A stretch of DNA of 64,000 nucleotides. Source: a virus. Its lineage: Duplodnaviria; Caudoviricetes. The position numbers and the translations under genes are program-made. Below the pieces are notes generated by a model, which made no database searches, was not told the origin of the DNA, and saw only the letters and a list, made by a program, of their open reading frames with translations. Location of the stretch: IMG/VR virus record IMGVR_UViG_3300036770_003093, positions 1 through 64,000 of that record; one strand, given 5' to 3'. Within the stretch, counting starts at the first letter, position 1; every line of letters begins with the position of its first letter. Below, in pieces: positions 47,782-55,486 of the stretch.

Positions 47782-48324
47782 TTAGCAGGTTACACAATTA
47801 ATTTTATCAAGAAGTTTTACAGCATAGTTGTAAATATCCATACCTTTTGTTGGCTCGTGGCAGTATTCAACTGCAGCTTTAGCCGCATCTAATAGTGTAC
47901 GAATATATTGCAACTGACGCAGTTTATCTTTAACCTTAGCTGTAGGATCACAGTTTGCAAGGTTTAAAGCGCACAAAGCTTTCTCATATTTTTTGAGGGC
48001 TGCTGTTATACGCAGATGATTGTACTCTACATACAACTGATCAGATGGAGATAGACTATACTTAATAATCCATATTCCATCTGGTAAGTCTGTATATGTG
48101 GTACCACAACCACTAGTTTGTGTTCCTAAATCACAGGCCGTAATATTTAGATTAAAGTTTTCTGTTACACTTAACTCTTTAGAAAAAGAATATCCTGGCA
48201 ATGTTATATGCAGTGTAGGACAAGTGATAGGTAAACCTGTAGCATAAACGCTAGTATCTACCACTTTAAGAACACAACCAGTCATTATGGTTGGTACATC
48301 AAGACTTAAAACGTGATTTGCCAT
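47782..48324 (-). CDS. structural protein (tail hub/appendage-like)
   Basis: 180 aa with LKVVDTSVY and DLPDGIWIIKYS motifs seen in crAss-like structural genes. Confidence 0.5.
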   Translation of the reverse strand: MANHVLSLDVPTIMTGCVLKVVDTSVYATGLPITCPTLHITLPGYSFSKELSVTENFNLNITACDLGTQTSGCGTTYTDLPDGIWIIKYSLSPSDQLYVEYNHLRITAALKKYEKALCALNLANCDPTAKVKDKLRQLQYIRTLLDAAKAAVEYCHEPTKGMDIYNYAVKLLDKINCVTC

Positions 48325-48338
48325 ATGCTAAGATATAT

Positions 48339-48378
48339 AAGAAAAGGGAGAGGAGAGATAAACTCTCACTCTCCCTTT
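48339..48378 (-). terminator. intrinsic terminator
   Basis: AAAGGGAGAGTGAGAG...CTCTCCTCTCCCTTTTCTT on the minus strand, just after the stop of the 542-aa gene. Confidence 0.8.
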
Positions 48379-48399
48379 AACTTAAGATTTCAGAAATGA

Positions 48400-50028
48400 T
48401 TAGGGTATGTCAATCAAAGATGTTTCACAAGGAGTGCAAGATACCACCTCTAATTCTGGACACTGAGCGCAAGCAGTAAGCCATGCGTTAACCGTTTGTT
48501 CAAAACTAGTAGAGCGTGCATTTGCAACAATCTCCAACATGTACCGGTCATTATCAAACACTCCAGTAGGATTGTTGAAACGTGGTACACTGTGCAACAA
48601 GTAGTAACGATAGTAACGAGTGCTACGGTTAATTACATTGAACACGTTATCACCTTGAGTGATTTCCCGGATACGAATATCGGTTGCAAAGAAGTTTTGA
48701 CGATAGCTCTCAGAAAGAATCAAGTCACGCAAAACAGTCTCACCAAATCCGTTACCTTGTAGACCAAGACACTCAGTGCGGTTTACGCAGATGCCTTCAA
48801 ACTTACAAGGATCTCCAGTGTAATCTACCATAGAAGCATAGATCTGAATTGGCTCAACTTCATAGAAGTCAGATACTTGGAAAGAGCAGTTACCAAAAGT
48901 GGTATCTACATATGCACCAAACAATACCAAACCAGCACACTCACCAGAAGTATGACCAGGAGATACATAATTATCCCAAGTTCCATATACCACACCTGCA
49001 GGAGCAGGAGTTAATGCAGAAGTATTTGTTCCAGGAGGATACAACCAGTAAGTGCTACCACTTACAGTTTCAGAAATTACTACAGGGTAGATAAAATCTG
49101 CAAGGTAAGGTACGTTACGAGTAGTGTCCATGATTTGAGAGGCCCAGCCAATCATAACCAAGGTAGAATCTACAGGAGTAGGTGCCAATACACCAGGAGC
49201 GCAGCAACCAGTATAGTGATCCAAAGTGTTATACACTTGGTGGTTCAAGAAACGTAGTGCAGGAGAACCTTTGATGTCAAGACGCAAGTAGTAGGTCTCG
49301 TCACAAAGGAATTCAAAGCAACACTCACCATCTACACTGCTTCCATTTACTGCAGTTATAGTAATTGTAGCATCACCACTGTCACCAACAACTGTTACAA
49401 CATCACCAACTTTGTATCCATATCCAGGATTAACAATTGAAAAAGTTGCAATTGGATCAGGAGAAGGACCAGTTAAGGTTAAAACATTAATGGTCAAACC
49501 ATTACCGCTACCACCACTAGTAGTTTTTACACCAACTGTGTAGTTAGTACCAGGAGTAGTTAATGAAGCAGAAGTAACTGCAGTGTTGAACGGAGTTTTA
49601 CCAATGTTCACAATTGCTTGTTGAGGAACACAAGGCTCAACAACATAGAAATTTTGAACATATTTAGGATTGATCTCTTTAGACTTGTTGGTCTCTTGGT
49701 ATCCACCATGAAATTTACCAATCTTGTCATTTTCATAAAAAGATGAACCAGCAAGGATCAAAGGGCAACATGCACTAGCACCGCTCCATGAAGTATCAGT
49801 TCCTACAGATGCATAAGTATCTTTGTAAAAAAGACCATAAGCAGGAGTTGCTTTAGGATTGGTAGGAGCAATACTACGACCAGTAACAAATGCACCATTA
49901 AGGTTTACCATAGGCATACCTACACTGGTAACATAACCTTGATCCAAGCCTGCCGCCGTTGGCGACTCAACTTGATTTCCAGCAGTTCCTACGAACACTT
50001 TCTGGAAAGAATGATTAAAATAAGCCAT
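48400..50028 (-). CDS. abundant structural protein (auxiliary capsid protein-like)
   Basis: 542 aa. Codon bias resembles the MCP, it has its own promoter-like motif and terminator, and its position matches the crAss conserved capsid block. Confidence 0.55.
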   Translation of the reverse strand: MAYFNHSFQKVFVGTAGNQVESPTAAGLDQGYVTSVGMPMVNLNGAFVTGRSIAPTNPKATPAYGLFYKDTYASVGTDTSWSGASACCPLILAGSSFYENDKIGKFHGGYQETNKSKEINPKYVQNFYVVEPCVPQQAIVNIGKTPFNTAVTSASLTTPGTNYTVGVKTTSGGSGNGLTINVLTLTGPSPDPIATFSIVNPGYGYKVGDVVTVVGDSGDATITITAVNGSSVDGECCFEFLCDETYYLRLDIKGSPALRFLNHQVYNTLDHYTGCCAPGVLAPTPVDSTLVMIGWASQIMDTTRNVPYLADFIYPVVISETVSGSTYWLYPPGTNTSALTPAPAGVVYGTWDNYVSPGHTSGECAGLVLFGAYVDTTFGNCSFQVSDFYEVEPIQIYASMVDYTGDPCKFEGICVNRTECLGLQGNGFGETVLRDLILSESYRQNFFATDIRIREITQGDNVFNVINRSTRYYRYYLLHSVPRFNNPTGVFDNDRYMLEIVANARSTSFEQTVNAWLTACAQCPELEVVSCTPCETSLIDIP

Positions 50029-50091
50029 TGTTTTAGATTAAAAGGGTTATAAACATATTATAATATAAGAAAAAGTTTTTCAAATGCAAAA

Positions 50092-50589
50092 CTATGAAAG
50101 AAAAAGAAGTTTATATTTTGCAGCATTTATACTGTCTTTTACTGTATCTAAACTATTTACTATTTCAGAGTAAGGCATTTTAGCTTGCAGTTTTGTAATT
50201 ATTGCATACATATCTCTTAGATAATTTACAGCGTCTTGTAAATCATCTAGTTGTCTAGGGACAGATTCTGTATACTTTAATAGTTTTTCAGAAGCACCTT
50301 GATATCCTTCAATTAAAGAATCAGCATGATCTGGTAATGCATCATATAGATCATTAAGAGCTTTATGTGCAGCATATGAACCAGGTCCTGTAATCTTTAG
50401 ATGTAGTTTATGAAAGCTTGATGCTGCATTCATCATCTCTGTTGCACAGGCAGCAGTCATTGTGTCTAAGGAACTACCGCCCACACCTGTATCTGAAACA
50501 GGTTGTGGTTTTGCAGTTTCTTTATCTACAACTGGCCTGCTAATCTGTTTTGCAGGCTGCGGGTTGCGTTTTAGTAATCTAGTTTCCAT
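50092..50589 (-). CDS. ferritin/Dps-like protein (DUF5856-like)
   Basis: FHKLHL...SYAAHKALNDLYD...DSLIEGYQG four-helix ferritin-like motif. Confidence 0.7.
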   Translation of the reverse strand: METRLLKRNPQPAKQISRPVVDKETAKPQPVSDTGVGGSSLDTMTAACATEMMNAASSFHKLHLKITGPGSYAAHKALNDLYDALPDHADSLIEGYQGASEKLLKYTESVPRQLDDLQDAVNYLRDMYAIITKLQAKMPYSEIVNSLDTVKDSINAAKYKLLFLS

Positions 50590-51287
50590 TAGTTATTTTG
50601 TTCTACGCGTTGTTGTTCTCGCTGGTACTGAGTAAAGATCTCCATATCACCAGCAAGAATTGATGCTGCTTCGTCAATCATGACTTCTACAACATCATCT
50701 TTAAATTCACTTGTTACATCAGTTGTAGATGTGATTCCTGTATAAGGATCTACACAACCGGTAATCTGAATACGCCGAGGTTGGCGGTAATAGATAAAGT
50801 CTCCTTTTGTAACTTCAAACTCTTCGTTGGTATAAACAAAAAGTTTGCCGTCACGCAATGTAGCTACTGTCTCACCCCACTCAAAACTTGGACGTTTGTT
50901 TGTATCCTTTAGAATAATATCTAGGTTACCTTCTTCAACAAGATACACTACCATTCTCTTAGTGGGACAACATTCATTTTTAGCATGTACAGTTATTCTC
51001 TTCCATTGAAAATAATCAGCAGGTATTAGACCAAAACTGTAGTTTTCTTTGTCAGTAAGAATAAGGTTTGCTGAGGTTAAAAGAATTTGAAGGTCATCAA
51101 TGCGTCGATTGCTTTGCTCATCACCTTCTTTAAATTGGTTAAAACCATGAAGTTGACGGCGGCACCATTCGACTTGCGCTTTATTAAAAGCCTCAACAAT
51201 ATGCCAACACTCAAGATTATCATAATCCTGGCTATCAAGTTTGTTAAGCCGTTGTTTAATCTTTAAGGTAATTGTACTATTTAGCAT
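50589..51287 (-). CDS. tail ring / head-tail connector protein
   Basis: LNKLDSQDYDN...FNKAQ...EQSNRRIDDLQIL...YYRQPR motifs, like conserved crAss ring proteins. Confidence 0.6.
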   Translation of the reverse strand: MLNSTITLKIKQRLNKLDSQDYDNLECWHIVEAFNKAQVEWCRRQLHGFNQFKEGDEQSNRRIDDLQILLTSANLILTDKENYSFGLIPADYFQWKRITVHAKNECCPTKRMVVYLVEEGNLDIILKDTNKRPSFEWGETVATLRDGKLFVYTNEEFEVTKGDFIYYRQPRRIQITGCVDPYTGITSTTDVTSEFKDDVVEVMIDEAASILAGDMEIFTQYQREQQRVEQNN

Positions 51288-51293
51288 GTCTTT

Positions 51294-51740
51294 TTACTTT
51301 TTACGTGCATTCTTTTTTGCACCAGCAATTCTATCAGCAGCTGTAGGTTTATTGTATGGGGGAGCTAGAGCAGCAAACTTAGCAGCTTTAGTAGAACCTC
51401 CTACTTTCATTTTAACACCACCTTTTTTTGCTTTATTGGGTATTGTATCCTTTACAAAATATTTTTCAGGATACATCAACATATTTGTATTTCTTCTTAC
51501 ATCAGAAGGATAATTTTTCATATACTCCTGAAAATTTAAACTCTCCTCAAGCTTTCTAGCATCTTCTTTAGCTTTTTGAAAGTCAAAAGCATTAATGTCT
51601 TTATTATCTACTGGACCTGCGGCCTGATATTTTTTTAATGACTTTTTATATGCAGACATAGCACCACCAGCTTTTTTATAAGCCATAGCTTTATTATCAT
51701 TAAAAACTTTAAGTGGATTGGGTTTATTAGTCTTTTTCAT
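51294..51740 (-). CDS. small basic protein with xxGG motifs
   Basis: Lys-rich; KKAGG, KKGG and MKVGG motifs; C-terminal FAALAPPYNKPTAADRIAGA. Confidence 0.7.
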   Translation of the reverse strand: MKKTNKPNPLKVFNDNKAMAYKKAGGAMSAYKKSLKKYQAAGPVDNKDINAFDFQKAKEDARKLEESLNFQEYMKNYPSDVRRNTNMLMYPEKYFVKDTIPNKAKKGGVKMKVGGSTKAAKFAALAPPYNKPTAADRIAGAKKNARKK

Positions 51741-51742
51741 TT

Positions 51743-52006
51743 TTATCCTCTTTTAATATTTTTCCTCATCTTACCAAGAGTCTTAGCAAGTCTAGCTCTT
51801 TGAGCAGTCTTACCGGTACCTTTAGCTTTTTCGTTTAACCATGATTTTTTAATAGTGCCTTCAGGAGTAATTGCACCAGCTGCTTTAGCTGTAGCACGCA
51901 ATGACCCAGGTTTTTTAATAGCACCTTTAATCCAGCTGCCGCCAGATTTCATTTTAGTAAGCTTAGTTGGTGTCATAGAGCCACCACCACACATCATGCA
52001 CTTCAT
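51743..52006 (-). CDS. small basic protein
   Basis: WIKGAIKKPGSLRA...RARLAKTL; Lys-rich. Confidence 0.7.
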   Translation of the reverse strand: MKCMMCGGGSMTPTKLTKMKSGGSWIKGAIKKPGSLRATAKAAGAITPEGTIKKSWLNEKAKGTGKTAQRARLAKTLGKMRKNIKRG

Positions 52007-52008
52007 AA

Positions 52009-52341
52009 TTATTTTTTCTTAGTTTTAATAGCTCCCCCACGTTTTTTGATCGGTGTTATTGTAGATTCAGTAACACTTCTTCTTGAATTTTTGCGAGGAC
52101 TTACAGTTTTTAAATTCATTCTAATAGAATCATCTTTACTAAAAAGATCTATATTATCTGTTCTAGAGTAGCTTTTAGGTTTAGCACTATATTTTTCAAA
52201 TTTTTTTACATACTCCTTCTCTGATATAGGTTTAGATCTTGTAAAAAGATTGCTTTTCGTATAACGCTTACGTGAATCAGAATCTTGCTTTGCTCCACCA
52301 GCTTGTGCTTTTTTTAAAGGTTTTTTAGATACATTTTTCAT
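52009..52341 (-). CDS. small basic protein
   Basis: KKAQAGG near the N-terminus and KKRGG near the C-terminus. Confidence 0.65.
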   Translation of the reverse strand: MKNVSKKPLKKAQAGGAKQDSDSRKRYTKSNLFTRSKPISEKEYVKKFEKYSAKPKSYSRTDNIDLFSKDDSIRMNLKTVSPRKNSRRSVTESTITPIKKRGGAIKTKKK

Positions 52342-52361
52342 GGTTATATAAAATTAAAAGG

Positions 52362-52643
52362 TTAACAATTCCATTTGCGCAAACTTTTATTAATCCTGCT
52401 ATTTGGATCTCTAGCTGTTTTAGCGCTTGTTAGTTTTTTCTTCATGCCCTCCATTCTTGAACAAAAGGATTTACGACGTTTGGCATCTTTGCTACCAGCT
52501 TTAAGCTCAGATGGTTTTTTGGTTACTGCAGTTTGTAACTTACTACCAGGATTTTCCCGGCGATAAGATGCTACACCTTTTTTGTTAAGACCCCCTTTGG
52601 GATCTTTACCCTCTTTACGTTGCCACGCAGCTGTCTTTGCCAT
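52362..52643 (-). CDS. small basic protein (DUF6321-like)
   Basis: GKDPKGGLNKKG...RRKSFCSRM...SRINKSLRKWNC. Confidence 0.7.
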   Translation of the reverse strand: MAKTAAWQRKEGKDPKGGLNKKGVASYRRENPGSKLQTAVTKKPSELKAGSKDAKRRKSFCSRMEGMKKKLTSAKTARDPNSRINKSLRKWNC

Positions 52644-52813
52644 CAGTTTTCACTTTTTAATAATTCCATAGCTTTCAAAAACCCGGCTTCATAAGCTTCT
52701 TTTACTTCTTCATATCTTTCATACTTAGAAATATGATCGCCTGTTTCCATTTTATGTTTTGAGGAGGCATATTCATCTGCTAATCCCCAATAATTAATTT
52801 CTGTCTTTGCCAT
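52643..52813 (-). CDS. hypothetical protein, 56 aa (below the track cut-off)
   Basis: Manual translation MAKTEINYWGLADEY...KAMELLKSEN. Start overlaps the upstream stop (TAATG) and stop overlaps the next start (TGATG). Confidence 0.7.
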   Translation of the reverse strand: MAKTEINYWGLADEYASSKHKMETGDHISKYERYEEVKEAYEAGFLKAMELLKSEN

Positions 52814-53037
52814 TACTTTTTAAGTTTACGTACAGAAGTTCTCTGTGCAGGTTTAGATGCGTTATTTTGAACAATTGTAGACAATGCAGAAAGTTGCTGT
52901 TTAGCAAGATTCTGTACAGCTGACATACGAGATTTATCAGCCATGATTTCTTTAGCGCGTTGTAGAGTTGATAAGTCAGACTCAGTGCGCCACTTTTTTT
53001 CATCTACAGAAATAGAGATTGCTTTAGACTTAGCCAT
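52813..53037 (-). CDS. small basic protein
   Basis: 74 aa, KWRTESDLSTLQRAKEIMAD; tightly packed in the operon. Confidence 0.7.
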   Translation of the reverse strand: MAKSKAISISVDEKKWRTESDLSTLQRAKEIMADKSRMSAVQNLAKQQLSALSTIVQNNASKPAQRTSVRKLKK

Positions 53038-53039
53038 AA

Positions 53040-53186
53040 TTATTTGGTTTTTGGTTTAACATTTCCGCCACGTTTGTAGGCAGGTTTCTTTTTACCAGCA
53101 GCTTTAAAGCGCTGTAGTTCTTCTACGCCGGCGCCACTTTGTACACCACCGTAAGCTTTTTTCTTTAAGGGTTTAGTCTTTTTCAT
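53040..53186 (-). CDS. small basic protein, 48 aa (below the track cut-off)
   Basis: Manual translation MKKTKPLKKKAYGGVQSGAGVEELQRFKAAGKKKPAYKRGGNVKPKTK. A GTATATTA motif lies 5 nt upstream. Confidence 0.7.
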   Translation of the reverse strand: MKKTKPLKKKAYGGVQSGAGVEELQRFKAAGKKKPAYKRGGNVKPKTK

Positions 53187-53204
53187 AAGATTAATATACA
53201 AAAA

Positions 53205-53471
53205 TTAACGATATCTTTTAGCTTTTTCGCGAGCACTTTTAGGTTGAGGTACAAACTGCTTACCTCTCTTATTACCTGCAGCTTTAGCTTTGTTTGTTGC
53301 GGCTTTCTCTCCTGCTGATAAGGAATCCCACGCGGCCTTGGGTAGATAGCGTTTCTTACCCTTGGATTTTACTTCTTTTGATGAACCACGTTTTTTGTTA
53401 GAATGTGTGCCAGAAGTCATCCATTCTTGCTTGGTCCAATCACGTAAACTTTGTTGTGGATCCTTAGCCAT
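53205..53471 (-). CDS. basic protein, DUF5872-like C-terminal half
   Basis: QQSLRDWTKQEW...RYLPKAAW...TNKAK...GKQFVPQP. Confidence 0.65.
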   Translation of the reverse strand: MAKDPQQSLRDWTKQEWMTSGTHSNKKRGSSKEVKSKGKKRYLPKAAWDSLSAGEKAATNKAKAAGNKRGKQFVPQPKSAREKAKRYR

Positions 53472-53671
53472 TACTTTTTGGTTTTATAACCGCCACCAGA
53501 TTTTTTATACTCACTAGCTAATAGTTGTGCTTTGCGGGCACTCCATTCACCAGGATCACCTCCCTTAGAACCAGCTTTGATTCTATTGAAGATCGTCTTA
53601 CGTAAACCAGGCTTGGTGTAAACACCAGCCTGATTTACTTTAGACTTAGTTTTTGACTTAGAAGCAGCCAT
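53471..53671 (-). CDS. basic protein, DUF5872-like N-terminal half
   Basis: YTKPGLR...GSKGGDPGEWSARKAQLLASEYKKSGGGY. Confidence 0.65.
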   Translation of the reverse strand: MAASKSKTKSKVNQAGVYTKPGLRKTIFNRIKAGSKGGDPGEWSARKAQLLASEYKKSGGGYKTKK

Positions 53672-53880
53672 TACTTTTTGCGAGCAGCGCCGCCTTTTTT
53701 CATCATAGATTTCTTGGCACCACCGTACATCATTTTGCCTTTGCCATCAGCAGCAAATGCAGGTACCATTTTGCCATCTTTTTTTACCATAGGCATAGAT
53801 CCGCCTTTTTTCATCATAGGTTTTGCTTTAGCAGCTCCACCTTTTTTCATGGTATTCATTTTGGGTTTTACAGCGTTCAT
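53671..53880 (-). CDS. small Lys/Met/Gly-rich protein with repeated MKKGG
   Basis: MKKGG x3 plus MMYGG in 69 aa. Confidence 0.7.
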   Translation of the reverse strand: MNAVKPKMNTMKKGGAAKAKPMMKKGGSMPMVKKDGKMVPAFAADGKGKMMYGGAKKSMMKKGGAARKK

Positions 53881-53898
53881 TGTATAAAGGATTAAGGG

Positions 53899-54903
53899 TT
53901 AAAGTGTCCAGTTACGCTCAACCTTCTTGGTAAGATCAAGCAGAATATCCTCATGCAACGGATTCTTTAAATACTCTACAACGTCAGCAACATTTCTTCC
54001 TAACAAAGCATTTGTTTCAGTGTGATAGATATAACCATCACCTTTGGTTAAAATGAACTTGTAGAAAGTTGAGTCTTTAACAATTGACCGGATTTTCAAA
54101 GTCTCCATGTCTAACTTAGTTGTATCCAGGAACTGATTAGCCGCGCGGGTTTTATTAGACTCAACACCTTCACCATTAATGAATCTGTCCATGGCGTCAT
54201 AGATAACGTCATTTGGAGTATTCTTTTTATAGATCTGGCTAGCTGCATCTACAACTTTAGCAACATAGAACAACTTACTGCTATTCTTATCATAAAGCTT
54301 TTGCAGTTCAGATAGTGCGCGGTTGCGTAGTTTTTTACCCTCGGTCTTAGTAACCATGGTTTCTTCTACCCTATCAAGATAAAATTTAGGTGGTACCGCG
54401 CGTGCGCGTGCGTCATCTAAACTTTTAGCAACAATAGAAAAACCTCCAGCATTAATAGCATGAAGCTTAATCCTGTCAAATGGATCACTAGGATCTAAGA
54501 ATACAGGATCGTTACCACAGCGCAACGTAATCTTGTTCCAGAAAGTTTTGTTGTTGGGTTGAAGCAGTTCAACCTTGTTCCAAAAATCTTTATCTTCTGG
54601 ATCAATAATGTTAGCTGCAAGCTCACGCTCTAGTTCAGCAACTGATGCGCGAATCTCACGAATATGAGCTTCACGAACTTCAGGGTCTAGTTTTTTGATT
54701 TCAGGAGCAAACTCGTTTAAACCGGTAAGGTAACGAGTAACACCATTCATCTCTACACAAGCTAACTGCTCTTCATGGTAAACACCATCATATAGAGTAA
54801 GCCCGTATTTTTCAAGACCTAGGTTAGAAATGTTGCCATCAAAATATGGCCTTACAGAAACAGGTGTTAGTTTCTTTGGATCTAAAGTTTCGACAATTGT
54901 CAT
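53899..54903 (-). CDS. conserved crAss-like capsid-module protein
   Basis: 334-aa ORF just downstream of the MCP region, in the position of the conserved crAss gene following the MCP. Confidence 0.5.
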   Translation of the reverse strand: MTIVETLDPKKLTPVSVRPYFDGNISNLGLEKYGLTLYDGVYHEEQLACVEMNGVTRYLTGLNEFAPEIKKLDPEVREAHIREIRASVAELERELAANIIDPEDKDFWNKVELLQPNNKTFWNKITLRCGNDPVFLDPSDPFDRIKLHAINAGGFSIVAKSLDDARARAVPPKFYLDRVEETMVTKTEGKKLRNRALSELQKLYDKNSSKLFYVAKVVDAASQIYKKNTPNDVIYDAMDRFINGEGVESNKTRAANQFLDTTKLDMETLKIRSIVKDSTFYKFILTKGDGYIYHTETNALLGRNVADVVEYLKNPLHEDILLDLTKKVERNWTL

Positions 54904-54925
54904 GATTTGTTGGTTTTAAAAAGGG

Positions 54926-55417
54926 TTAGTTAATTACTAAAAAGTGAATAGTCAAAGTGTTATTGAATGCATTTGTATCAATATTATAAATACGGATATC
55001 AAATGATCCAGCAGCAGGAGGACCATCAACAATAACTACAGGAATACCTGCACCAGGATGTTCTACAGTAAGAAGAATTGTACTAGTAGCAGTTACCTCG
55101 CTGTTATTCACAGTAAAGGCGGCATTGCTACCACCGGCTAGGGTACTAGAAACAGTTGTGATGCGACCAGATGCAGCATTAAGAGTAACAGCAGTTGAAA
55201 TAGCAGTTTGCTGAGTAACAGTAGAATTAGTTCCTAGAAAAGAATCATACAAATCAGAAACAAGCACATTTTTAAAGCTAGTAAACTCAATAGCCCATGT
55301 TTTGTAACCATCATCACGAGTAGAATCAGGATTACCAAACAATAGTAAGGCATTATCAGGTACAGTGGTAGAAACGATTTCGTTTGCTACTAAATATGAA
55401 AAATTAATCAGTTCCAT
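54926..55417 (-). CDS. putative capsid decoration/fibre protein
   Basis: VTQQTAISTAVTLNAASGRITT...FTVNNS...GSFDIRI...IHFLVI beta-rich pattern; directly after the MCP terminator. Confidence 0.5.
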   Translation of the reverse strand: MELINFSYLVANEIVSTTVPDNALLLFGNPDSTRDDGYKTWAIEFTSFKNVLVSDLYDSFLGTNSTVTQQTAISTAVTLNAASGRITTVSSTLAGGSNAAFTVNNSEVTATSTILLTVEHPGAGIPVVIVDGPPAAGSFDIRIYNIDTNAFNNTLTIHFLVIN

Positions 55418-55435
55418 TGTTATAAGTTTTGGTAA

Positions 55436-55469
55436 GTAAAAATGGGGAGGATTTGACTCCTCCCCATTT
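55436..55469 (-). terminator. intrinsic terminator of the MCP gene
   Basis: AAATGGGGAGGA-gtcaaa-TCCTCCCCATTTTT on the minus strand, shortly after the MCP stop. Confidence 0.85.
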
Positions 55470-55486
55470 GTTACTCAAGTTTATGA

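Noticed and set aside
52794-53003. 69-aa minus-strand ORF overlapping the 74-aa gene
   Set aside because: Alternate frame; the 74-aa and 56-aa ORFs tile the region with coupled start and stop codons.
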